Shown here one piece after another: positions 11,730 through 20,686 of a stretch of DNA of 64,000 nt. This DNA is from Halarcobacter sp. (GTDB taxonomy: Bacteria; Campylobacterota; Campylobacteria; Campylobacterales; Arcobacteraceae): NCBI GenBank assembly GCA_963676565.1, contig OY781089.1, forward strand, positions 512,001 to 576,000. The letters run 5' to 3'. The first letter of the stretch is position 1; each line of letters opens with the position of its first letter. A model generated the notes under the pieces. It was given only the letters and a program-made list of their open reading frames with translations, was not told where the DNA came from and searched no databases. Position numbers and translations under genes: made by a program.

Positions 11730-12647
11730 ATGGATTATCAAAAAATACTTGAAGAGATACAAGAAGAGATTCAACCTTTTATAAAAGAAGGGAAAGTTGC
11801 CGATTATATTCCTGCACTTGCAAATTCAAATATTAATGATTTTGCAATGAGTATAATTGAACTTGATGGGAAAGAATATAATGTTGGATGTACCCAAAAA
11901 CTATTTTCTATCCAAAGTATTTCTAAGGTTTTTACCTTCACTATAGCACTTAAAATTTATTGTAAAAATTTATATAAAAGAGTTGGATATGAGCCATCAG
12001 GAAACCCTTTTAATTCCTTAGTACAACTTGAATATGAAAAAGGAATCCCAAGAAACCCATTTATAAATGCAGGAGCAATAGTAACTACTGATGCCTTATA
12101 CTCAAAACATAAAAGCAATACCTTTTATACAATTCTAAATTTTATAAAAAAGCAATGTGGCTATGCCGGAGTCCAAGCAAACAATGAAATATTTGAATCA
12201 GAATTAGCCCATGGTTTTAGAAATCTATCCTTAATAAACCTAATGAAAAGTTTTGGCAATATTGAAAATAATATAGATAATGTAATTTCCACTTATTTTA
12301 GACAATGTTCAATCATGATGAACACACAACAATTAGCTAAGTCAATGCTTTTTTTAGCAAATCATGGTATTAACCCTCTAACAAAAGAGCTAGTTGTAAG
12401 TGCAGCACAAGCAAAAAGAATAAATGCCCTTATGCTTACTTGTGGACACTATGATGCCTCTGGTGATTTTGCATTTCATGTGGGACTTCCTGGGAAAAGT
12501 GGTGTTGGAGGTGGCATAGTTGCAATAGTGCCACAAAAAATGGCAATATGTGTTTACTCACCAGGTTTAAACAAAGTGGGTAATTCTTTAGTTGGAACAA
12601 AAGCTTTAGAACTTTTTACAACAAAAACAAAGTTATCTATCTTCTAA
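11730..12647 (+). CDS. glsA: Glutaminase A
   Basis: GKVADYIPAL, FSIQSISK, EPSGNPFN, NPFINAGA, GLPGKSGVGGG. Confidence 0.95.
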   Translation: MDYQKILEEIQEEIQPFIKEGKVADYIPALANSNINDFAMSIIELDGKEYNVGCTQKLFSIQSISKVFTFTIALKIYCKNLYKRVGYEPSGNPFNSLVQLEYEKGIPRNPFINAGAIVTTDALYSKHKSNTFYTILNFIKKQCGYAGVQANNEIFESELAHGFRNLSLINLMKSFGNIENNIDNVISTYFRQCSIMMNTQQLAKSMLFLANHGINPLTKELVVSAAQAKRINALMLTCGHYDASGDFAFHVGLPGKSGVGGGIVAIVPQKMAICVYSPGLNKVGNSLVGTKALELFTTKTKLSIF

Positions 12648-12648
12648 A

Positions 12649-12674
12649 GGAATATGAATAAAATTTCATATTCC
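12649..12674 (+). terminator. Hairpin after glsA, probable terminator or 3' stabiliser
   Basis: GGAATATGAA-TAAAAT-TTCATATTCC, 10-bp stem; no strong T-tract. Confidence 0.55.
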
Positions 12675-12707
12675 ATTCATAAAGGTGTCATAAATAAAAA
12701 ATAAAAT
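12665..12707 (+). promoter_or_regulatory. Pho-box-like triple direct repeat plus -10 element
   Basis: TTCATA 12665, TTCATA 12676, GTCATA 12687 (11-bp period); TAAAAT at 12702-12707, 10 nt after the last GTCAT. Confidence 0.65.
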
Positions 12708-12732
12708 TCCTTAAAATACAAAAGGAATTTTC

Positions 12733-13815
12733 TTGATAGCTATTGCTTTAAAAGCGTTAAATGCAAATAGATTAAAAACATCACTTATCTATCTTAGTAT
12801 CATTTTTTCAATTACATCAATTTTTTTAATAAGTTCTATATCTAATGGAATTATTGCTATGTACTCGAATATGCTTAAAACTGATGGGGATATCATAGTA
12901 ACCCAAGCAAAGATCTCTGATACTTTTTTCTCAAATGTTGATATTAACTTACTTGAAAAAATAAAAAAAATTGAAGGGGTGAAAGAATCATCGGCAATTA
13001 TAGTTGGTGCTTCACCCGTTGAAGATTTACCCATAGTGGCGATATACGGTGTTACAAAAAATAGATTTAAAAACTATAAACTTATTTTAAACAACTATCC
13101 AAAAGAAAATGAAGTCTTAGTAGGTAAAAGTATTTATGAACAATTAACAAATAAAAAACAAATAGAAATAGCCGATAAAACTTTTAAAATTGCAGGAGTT
13201 TTCAAAAGTGATATAGGCTTTGAAAATGGTGGTGTGGTTTTAAATATTGAAGATGCTGGAGAGATTTTCAATAAAAGTGCCTCTATTCTTATGGTAAATG
13301 CAAATATTCAATCAGATATCAACTCCATAAAATCTAAAATAAAAAAGCTAAGTTCAAAAATAGATGTAAAAACAACTGCTAATTTTGTGGACAACTATAA
13401 TCAGTTTAAAATAATTCAAACCTCATCAAATACTATTTCATTAATCGCTTTTTGTATGGGTTTACTATCAATTGTAAGTATCATGAGTATAACTGTAAAT
13501 CAAAGAAAAGATGAGTTTGGTATCAAAAGAGCCTTGGGAATACCAATAAAAAAGATTATTTTGCAAATTATGAGTGAGAGCTTTATTCTAGGTTTTTTTA
13601 GTTTCATTAGTTCGTTTTTTCTTTCTCATATCATTTTATACTTTATAAAAAATATTCAATTTTTACATGGTTATGTAAATGGTGAGATTTCATTGAACTT
13701 GGCATTTTTTATTTTTGTAACTTCTCTTTCTATGTCTATTTTAGGTTCTATTCTGCCTGCACTAAATGCAGCTAAAACAGACCCACTTATGCTAATTCAA
13801 GGAACTAGAATATGA
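12733..13815 (+). CDS. ABC transporter permease, MacB/FtsX family
   Basis: N-terminal TM, periplasmic domain, TVNQRKDEFGIKRALG, C-terminal PALNAAKTDP; TTG start with SD AAGGA. Confidence 0.88.
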   Translation: MIAIALKALNANRLKTSLIYLSIIFSITSIFLISSISNGIIAMYSNMLKTDGDIIVTQAKISDTFFSNVDINLLEKIKKIEGVKESSAIIVGASPVEDLPIVAIYGVTKNRFKNYKLILNNYPKENEVLVGKSIYEQLTNKKQIEIADKTFKIAGVFKSDIGFENGGVVLNIEDAGEIFNKSASILMVNANIQSDINSIKSKIKKLSSKIDVKTTANFVDNYNQFKIIQTSSNTISLIAFCMGLLSIVSIMSITVNQRKDEFGIKRALGIPIKKIILQIMSESFILGFFSFISSFFLSHIILYFIKNIQFLHGYVNGEISLNLAFFIFVTSLSMSILGSILPALNAAKTDPLMLIQGTRI

Positions 13816-14435
13816 TAAAAGTAATAGATATATTTCATAAATATGAAAAAGAATTAGCACTGAAAAATATAAACTTTGAAGCAAAAAAAGGTGAGTTTGT
13901 ATCAATTGTAGGGGAAAGTGGTAGTGGTAAATCAACTCTTCTTTCAATCCTTTCAACTCTACTTACTCCAACATCAGGAGAACTATTTTTTGAAGATATA
14001 AACTATAAACAAATAAAAGATATAGACCTATTTAGACAAAAGAATATAGGTTTTATTTTTCAGTTTCATTATCTAATAAACTATTTAACAGTTAAAGAGA
14101 ATATTCAAATAGCAAATGAAAATGTAAAAGATCAAAAAATCATAGAACTATTAGACTCTTTAGATATAGCAAATTTAAAAGATAAATACCCAAATGAGAT
14201 TTCAGGTGGACAAAGGCAAAGAGCAGCTATTGCTAGAGCATTAATAAATAAACCAAAAATCATTTTTGCAGATGAACCAACAGGAAACCTTGATTCTAAA
14301 AATGCAAAAAAAGTATTTGAACTTTTTAAAAGCTTATCAAATAAAGGGACAACAATAGTTATAGCAACACACAATAAAGATCTAGCACAAATGGCAGATA
14401 AAATATATGAGGTAAAAGATGGACAAATCAAATAA
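13812..14435 (+). CDS. ABC transporter ATP-binding protein, LolD/MacB type
   Basis: GESGSGKST, IGFIFQ, ISGGQRQR, ADEPTGNLD. Confidence 0.92.
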   Translation: MIKVIDIFHKYEKELALKNINFEAKKGEFVSIVGESGSGKSTLLSILSTLLTPTSGELFFEDINYKQIKDIDLFRQKNIGFIFQFHYLINYLTVKENIQIANENVKDQKIIELLDSLDIANLKDKYPNEISGGQRQRAAIARALINKPKIIFADEPTGNLDSKNAKKVFELFKSLSNKGTTIVIATHNKDLAQMADKIYEVKDGQIK

Positions 14436-16002
14436 TTTTAGTAATTTAATTAATAGACACTTTAAAATATCCCTAGTTTTTTTGTTTTTAGGTTTAACAT
14501 TTGGAATTATATATTCAGGGAATTTATTAGGTTTTTATATTGATTCTCAAACTTTAGATCCTGCTAATATGCGCTCATTGCATATTAGTTTGATGCTTTA
14601 TGGTTTTATTCCTTTAATGTTATCTTATCTTCCTTTTTTATTGATTGATAAAGATAGAGTTAAAAGTGATGAAGGATTATTCTATCTTAATTTATATACT
14701 CTATTTTGGTATATATTTTTAATTTTTATGATTAGTTCTTTATTATTTGGTAATCTTCGAGGTTTGGCATTTTATGATTTTCCATATGAATTAAATTTTA
14801 TTTTAGCCCTTGCTGGAATATTTTACATACTCTCTTTATATAAATATATAAAAGCATATGAAGTGATTCCTTTATGGATAAAAGTTTGTTTATGGATTAC
14901 AATTATTGCACCCGTAGCTCTTTTAATTCTAATGAATCCAATTATTGGTCAAGTTGAAAGTACAATTTCTGGACCCCATGGAGATAATACTTTGGGAATG
15001 AGTTTATCCTTAATACCTATTTACTATTTGATTTTTAAACTTTTAAACGAAACAGATTTTACAGCAAAATGGAATATCTTTTGGATAATACCAACAATTT
15101 TTTATTTTGCTTCAGTTTTATATAGAAGTTTTATTGGTCACTTAACATATGAACAAGAGTGGTTTTTACAATGGCTAACTTTAATGTATATCCCCCTTCT
15201 TTACAGATGGTATAAAGATTCAAAAATTGAACTTTTTGCAAAAAAAGCATTGCTTATTTCTATATTAGCTTTTCTTTTTGTTGATATTGAAGGAAACATT
15301 TTATTTATCCCTGAACTTAGATGGATATTTCATAGAAATGATTTAATAGTTGCCCATGCCCATGTTGCAATGGGTATTGGTGTATTTTTTATGGTTATAT
15401 CAATGTTTGTTTCACAAATAAAAGAGTTAAAGAAAGCAAGCTTTTATACTATGTATTTAGTTGGATTATTAGGAATCTTTACAGTTTTAAGTATCTCAGG
15501 ATTTATTCAAGCGGGAGTTTTTAACTCTATTTTAAATGTGGATATCCAAAAACTATGGGCATTTAGAACACTATTTGGAATAATAACTTTTTTATCTGTT
15601 TTAACTTTTATAAATATTAATTTGAAAATTACAAATATTGAAAAATACAATTTAATAGGAATCTTAGCTGATGGTTTTGGAGGAATCTTTCTAATTTTAT
15701 TTGCAAGTTTTGCCTATCCCCTATTAGGTTTTAAATTTACAGGAGATTATGAATATATTGTTTTTGCCTTTGTAAGTATAACAGGAGTTATTCACTTTAT
15801 GGCTATAAAATTTAAAGAGTATGAGATGATATTAACAAAACTAACCGTTTTGATTAGAGTATTTCTAAGCTCAATATTTTTTGCACTCTTTTACAAACAT
15901 TTATTAGGTTTTGAGGCACTTATGATTTCACTATTTGATATTTCATTTGCTTCATTTTATCTTCTATTCTTCTATAAAAAGGATTTTTTATGTCAAAAAT
16001 AG
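14419..16002 (+). CDS. Divergent heme-copper oxidase subunit I homologue (CcoN/NorB-like) with extra C-terminal TM helices
   Basis: MRSLH (H55), GLAFYDFP, HGDNTLG, EG...FHRNDLIVAHAH (H305/H313/H315), SGFIQ and WAFRTLFG occur in the order of CcoN/NorB helices II-XII. Confidence 0.7.
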   Translation: MDKSNNFSNLINRHFKISLVFLFLGLTFGIIYSGNLLGFYIDSQTLDPANMRSLHISLMLYGFIPLMLSYLPFLLIDKDRVKSDEGLFYLNLYTLFWYIFLIFMISSLLFGNLRGLAFYDFPYELNFILALAGIFYILSLYKYIKAYEVIPLWIKVCLWITIIAPVALLILMNPIIGQVESTISGPHGDNTLGMSLSLIPIYYLIFKLLNETDFTAKWNIFWIIPTIFYFASVLYRSFIGHLTYEQEWFLQWLTLMYIPLLYRWYKDSKIELFAKKALLISILAFLFVDIEGNILFIPELRWIFHRNDLIVAHAHVAMGIGVFFMVISMFVSQIKELKKASFYTMYLVGLLGIFTVLSISGFIQAGVFNSILNVDIQKLWAFRTLFGIITFLSVLTFININLKITNIEKYNLIGILADGFGGIFLILFASFAYPLLGFKFTGDYEYIVFAFVSITGVIHFMAIKFKEYEMILTKLTVLIRVFLSSIFFALFYKHLLGFEALMISLFDISFASFYLLFFYKKDFLCQK

Positions 16003-16964
16003 CACTTGTATTTTTTATAGGTTTTGAACTATGTTATTATCTACTTATTGCTCAAACAGGTATTATTGAATACTTTAATTCAAATATCTTCTTAATTGCT
16101 CCACTTCCAGTAGGAGGAGTTATTGGCTCTTATTTAAGTTATAAAATCTCTGCCAAAAGTGAAACAAAAATAAAAGTATTTTTATTTATTCAGCTATTAT
16201 TGACATTTTTTTATCCAAACTTTAATTTAATAGAACTATTTATATTAGGTATTAGTGTTGGAGCATTAGCACCACTTGTAATAAATGAATTAAAAAAAGC
16301 CTCATATTTAGAAATAGGTTTAGCCCTTGCAATCTCTTATTCAGTTGGTACTTTATTGTTTAATTATGACCCAGCAAAAAGAGAATTTATTGCAATTTTA
16401 TTTACCCTTATTGTTTTTATATCATCATTTTTCCTTCCCCAAGAAAAAGAAAAAATAAATAATAGTGTAGTTTCATCATCTTTACTAATCATGATTCTGT
16501 GGATTTTTTTAGATTCTGCACTTTTTGAAACTCTTTCAAGAAATAGTGATATTTCAATTTGGAGAAATGGCTATACTTTTGAAATTGTTCTATTTCATAT
16601 CTTAGGGCTTATTAGTGCCTTTAAAATAAATCTACAAAAGTTCGAAAATGAGCTTTTTATAATTATACTATTTGCATTAAGTTACCTATTTTATTTTCTT
16701 GAAGAGAGTCTTTTATTATCAATTATTTATCCATTTGTAATCTCATATTACAATGTAACTATTTTAAAAGCTTTAAGAGAGGTTGAACTCAAAAAACTTT
16801 CTATATATATGATTTTTATTGGTTGGATAGCTTCGGGAGCGGGATTATTTACAGCTTTAGAAAATTTAACTTTATTTGTACCAACAATATTTTTAGTAGT
16901 TTTTATTCAATTCTTATACACGCAAAAAAATATTCAAACAAAGGAGAAAGAATGTATAAATTAG
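15990..16964 (+). CDS. Multi-pass membrane protein, possibly MFS-like
   Basis: About 11-12 hydrophobic segments in two similar halves; overlaps both neighbours. Confidence 0.6.
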   Translation: MSKIALVFFIGFELCYYLLIAQTGIIEYFNSNIFLIAPLPVGGVIGSYLSYKISAKSETKIKVFLFIQLLLTFFYPNFNLIELFILGISVGALAPLVINELKKASYLEIGLALAISYSVGTLLFNYDPAKREFIAILFTLIVFISSFFLPQEKEKINNSVVSSSLLIMILWIFLDSALFETLSRNSDISIWRNGYTFEIVLFHILGLISAFKINLQKFENELFIIILFALSYLFYFLEESLLLSIIYPFVISYYNVTILKALREVELKKLSIYMIFIGWIASGAGLFTALENLTLFVPTIFLVVFIQFLYTQKNIQTKEKECIN

Positions 16965-17476
16965 TATTAATTTTATTTGTAAGTTTATTAGCAAATGCAA
17001 ATGAACTTTATTTAAAAGATGGTCAAATTAATGCCCATACAGAAGTTTTTGGAGATAGTACCATTGATCCCCAAACAAAAAAAATTGATCTAAGATTATC
17101 AAAAGATAAAGATATTGAATCAATAAAAGGTGTTTTTGAAATTGAGGCTTTATCACTTATTAGTGATAATGAAGATAGAGACAAACATATGTATGAAGTA
17201 TTAAATGCTAAGTTATCACCAAAAATCTCTTTTGATATCACTTCGATTAATAAAAAAGAAGAGCTTTATCAGATAAAAGGGCTTTTAAAAATGAATAATA
17301 TAAATAAAGAGATAAACTCTTTTGCACATATTACTCAAAATAATAAGGATATATCTATTAATGGTGACTTTTTTATTAATTTAACTGACTTCGGCCTTGA
17401 ACCTCCAACAATGTTTTTTTTAACAGTAAGAGATCAAATTGATATTAAATATAGTTTTAATTTAAAGGAAAAATAG
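16952..17476 (+). CDS. YceI-family periplasmic lipid/polyisoprenoid-binding protein
   Basis: ATG 16952 with SD AAGGAG, signal peptide, SDNEDRDKHM, INLTDFGLEPP. Confidence 0.82.
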   Translation: MYKLVLILFVSLLANANELYLKDGQINAHTEVFGDSTIDPQTKKIDLRLSKDKDIESIKGVFEIEALSLISDNEDRDKHMYEVLNAKLSPKISFDITSINKKEELYQIKGLLKMNNINKEINSFAHITQNNKDISINGDFFINLTDFGLEPPTMFFLTVRDQIDIKYSFNLKEK

Positions 17477-17929
17477 ATGAAAAGAATACTTTTAAGTCTT
17501 TTAGTAATGGGTTTATCGCTTTTTGCATCAGAGTTTAAGATAGGAGATAAAATAGGAACTTTTTCTATTTTAAATCAACACGATAAAAAAGTAACTATAG
17601 ATGATTCAATAGAAAAAATTATTGTATCTTTTGAAAAAGATACAGGGGCAAATATTAATGAGTATCTTTCAAAAAAAAATCCACTTTTTTTAAAAAATAA
17701 CAAAGCAGTATTTATAGCAAATATCTCTGGTATGCCATCAATTATTACAAAACTTTTTGCCTTACCTAAAATGCGTAAATATGATCATGAGATTTTACTT
17801 ATTTATGATGAAGATGACAAAAGATTTATATCTAAAGAGGAAAAATCTACTTTGTATACTTTAAAAGATGGAGTTATAAAATCTATAGACTTTATCACAA
17901 AAGATGATTTAGACAATATTTTTAAATGA
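17477..17929 (+). CDS. Exported hypothetical protein, possibly a Cys-free thioredoxin-like fold
   Basis: Signal peptide, IGDKIGTFSILNQH (peroxiredoxin-like N-terminus), ANISGMPSIITKLFALPKMR. Confidence 0.55.
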   Translation: MKRILLSLLVMGLSLFASEFKIGDKIGTFSILNQHDKKVTIDDSIEKIIVSFEKDTGANINEYLSKKNPLFLKNNKAVFIANISGMPSIITKLFALPKMRKYDHEILLIYDEDDKRFISKEEKSTLYTLKDGVIKSIDFITKDDLDNIFK

Positions 17930-18660
17930 AAATCAAAGAAATAAATCATGTAGATATTAAAACTATTCATAAAAGCATGGATGGTTTTACTATTTTGCAA
18001 ATATCAGACCTACATATAAATAAAAAAACCACTAAAGCACAAATAAAAAACTTAGTGGAAACTTGCAATAATTTAGATTATAATATTTTAGTAATAACTG
18101 GAGATATCATCGATTGCAAAGTAAAATTTATAAAAGAAAAATTATCTATTTTGAACTTTCTAAAGGGGAAAACTTACTTTATTAGTGGAAATCATGATTT
18201 AGTTTATGGACTAAAAGATTTAATTAAACAACTTCAGAACATAACTTTTTTAGATAATAGCTATGAAAAAATTGTATATAAAGATGAAACTATCTTACTT
18301 GCAGGTATTAGTGATAGATTCTCTAAATTTTTCAAACATAAAAGAGAAGAAAAAAACCTTTTAAAGGTTTTAGAGAGAAACAAAAAAAAGATTTTGCTTG
18401 CCCATCAACCAAAAGACTATAAACTTGCGCTAAAATCAAATTGTGATTTATTTTTATGTGGTCATACCCATGGTGGTCAAATCTGGCCTTTCCATTATTT
18501 TGTAAGAATTTTTCAACCATTTTTAAATGGTTTACACTATATAAAAAACTGTCCAATTTATGTAAATAAAGGAATCGGAACATGGGGTATAGATTATAGA
18601 TATAAAGCACATAGTGAGATTGCATTATTAAGGTTTACAAGTGAAAATACTTATAATTGA
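17926..18660 (+). CDS. Calcineurin-like metallophosphoesterase (YkuE/YaeI-like)
   Basis: SDLH, TGD, GNHD, LLAHQP, GHTHGGQ. Confidence 0.9.
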   Translation: MKIKEINHVDIKTIHKSMDGFTILQISDLHINKKTTKAQIKNLVETCNNLDYNILVITGDIIDCKVKFIKEKLSILNFLKGKTYFISGNHDLVYGLKDLIKQLQNITFLDNSYEKIVYKDETILLAGISDRFSKFFKHKREEKNLLKVLERNKKKILLAHQPKDYKLALKSNCDLFLCGHTHGGQIWPFHYFVRIFQPFLNGLHYIKNCPIYVNKGIGTWGIDYRYKAHSEIALLRFTSENTYN

Positions 18661-19312
18661 AGATGATGAAAAAATAGTAAACTTTCTAAAAAAAGGTTTA
18701 CAAGAAGAATCATATAGTGTTGATTATTCATTAAATGGTGATGAAGGTATTTACTTAGCAAGTGTTAATACCTATGATTTAATTTTACTTGATATTATGA
18801 TTCCTGTTAAAGATGGAATTGAAGTTTGTAAAACCCTAAGAGAAGAGAAAATCAATACTCCAATCATCATGTTAACAGCAAAAGATAGTATTGAAGATAA
18901 AATAAAGGGCTTAGATATTGGAGCAAACGATTACATTTCAAAACCTTTTTCCTTTAGTGAATTACTGGCAAGAATTCGAGTTCAATTAAGGAATAAAGAT
19001 AATCTAGTTTCAACCACACTTCAAATTGCTGATTTAAAATTAGACTTATTAAAAAAAACAGTAACTAGAAAAGAAGATACCATTATCCTTACAGCAAAAG
19101 AGTTTTCATTATTAGAGTTTTTAATAAGAAACCAAAATAAAGTTTTATCTGAAACAGTAATTAGTGAATCTTTAAGTAATTTAGATGATGATAATCTAAG
19201 CAATATTATAAATGTTTATATTTACAGACTTAGAAATAAAATAGACAAACCATATGAGAAAAAACTTATAAAAACAGTTAGAGGAATGGGATTTAAGATA
19301 AGTGATGAATAA
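18641..19312 (+). CDS. OmpR-family response regulator (CusR/CzcR-like)
   Basis: IIEDD, LDIMIP, LTAKD, GANDYISKPF, IKTVRGMGF. Confidence 0.93.
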   Translation: MKILIIEDDEKIVNFLKKGLQEESYSVDYSLNGDEGIYLASVNTYDLILLDIMIPVKDGIEVCKTLREEKINTPIIMLTAKDSIEDKIKGLDIGANDYISKPFSFSELLARIRVQLRNKDNLVSTTLQIADLKLDLLKKTVTRKEDTIILTAKEFSLLEFLIRNQNKVLSETVISESLSNLDDDNLSNIINVYIYRLRNKIDKPYEKKLIKTVRGMGFKISDE

Positions 19313-20675
19313 TATATCTATCAAAAAGAAACTATTAATATATAATATTTTAATACAAGTTATCATTCTTGGAGTTTTTTCTTTCTCTTTATATAAAACA
19401 TTAGAAATATCTAGCTTAGATAAGATTAAATCAACACTTAAAATTGTTCTTTTAGATGTAGTTGATGATATTATTGACCATAAAGATGAATTGACCAAAG
19501 ATATATTCCATGAAGAAATAGAGTATAAATTTAAACCTTTATTTATAAGACTACTTGAAATAGATAAAAAGGTTACTAAAATCAATGGTACTAAATTTCC
19601 TAATATTTTTAAATACAATTTAGATGAACTTAATAGTCTAAAAAAAGATATTATCTATTTTGAAAAAAATGATACATACGTTTTATCAAAAATAAAAATT
19701 GCTTTAGATGAAAAAACTTATGTTGTTGAAGTAGCAACTGATTATAGACTTCTAAATTCAACCTTTGAAAATCTTTTATATATTTTAATTTTTATTGTTC
19801 CTATAATTTTAATCTTTTCAATAATTGGAGGATATTTTTTAATCTATAAATCTTTTTTACCTATAGAAAATATTCTTATTAGTCTTAGAAATATAAGTGC
19901 AAAAGATTTATCAAAGAGACTTGAAGTAAATAATAATAAAAAAGATGAAATTGATTTATTAAGACAAGAGATAAATAACCTTTTATCAAGACTAGATAAT
20001 TCCTTTGAAAAAATTAGCCAATTTTCTTCAGATGCATCCCATGAATTAAAAACTCCTCTTACAATTATAAGGGGAGAAATTGAAATAGCACTAAGAAAAG
20101 ATAGAGAAAAAGATGATTATAAAAAAACATTATCTACTTGTTTAGATGAGATATTATCAATTCAAGAAACAGTAAATGATTTACTTTTTTTAGCAAAAAA
20201 TGAGTTTGTTATTGAAAATATAGATGATATTACATATTTAGATGAAATATCAATTGATTCAAAAAAAGAGCTTGAGAACTTTGCTAAAACAAAAAATATC
20301 CAGCTAATATTAGAAATTGATGAACCTCTTGAAATAAAAGGAGAAGCCAAATTTTTAAAAATAGCACTAAAAAATATAATTAAAAATGCCATTACTTTTA
20401 GTCACGAGAATTCTGAGGTCTTAATCAAAAATTATATATTAAATGATAAAATAATAATTGAAGTTGAAGATTTTGGAGTTGGAATAGATAAAAATAATTT
20501 GAATAAGATATTTGAAAAATTTTATCGTATAGATAAAAGCAGAAATAAAAACAGTGGTGGAACTGGTTTAGGTTTATCTATTAGTGAAAAAATTATCTCT
20601 TTACATAATGGAAAGATTGAAGTAGAGAGTATTGAAAACAAAGGAACGAAATTTAAACTTCTCTTTCATAGATAA
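19305..20675 (+). CDS. HAMP sensor histidine kinase (CusS-like)
   Basis: Two TMs, HAMP, FSSDASHELKTPL, FYRIDKSR, GGTGLGLSI. Confidence 0.92.
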   Translation: MNNISIKKKLLIYNILIQVIILGVFSFSLYKTLEISSLDKIKSTLKIVLLDVVDDIIDHKDELTKDIFHEEIEYKFKPLFIRLLEIDKKVTKINGTKFPNIFKYNLDELNSLKKDIIYFEKNDTYVLSKIKIALDEKTYVVEVATDYRLLNSTFENLLYILIFIVPIILIFSIIGGYFLIYKSFLPIENILISLRNISAKDLSKRLEVNNNKKDEIDLLRQEINNLLSRLDNSFEKISQFSSDASHELKTPLTIIRGEIEIALRKDREKDDYKKTLSTCLDEILSIQETVNDLLFLAKNEFVIENIDDITYLDEISIDSKKELENFAKTKNIQLILEIDEPLEIKGEAKFLKIALKNIIKNAITFSHENSEVLIKNYILNDKIIIEVEDFGVGIDKNNLNKIFEKFYRIDKSRNKNSGGTGLGLSISEKIISLHNGKIEVESIENKGTKFKLLFHR

Positions 20676-20686
20676 AGGGGTTTTAA

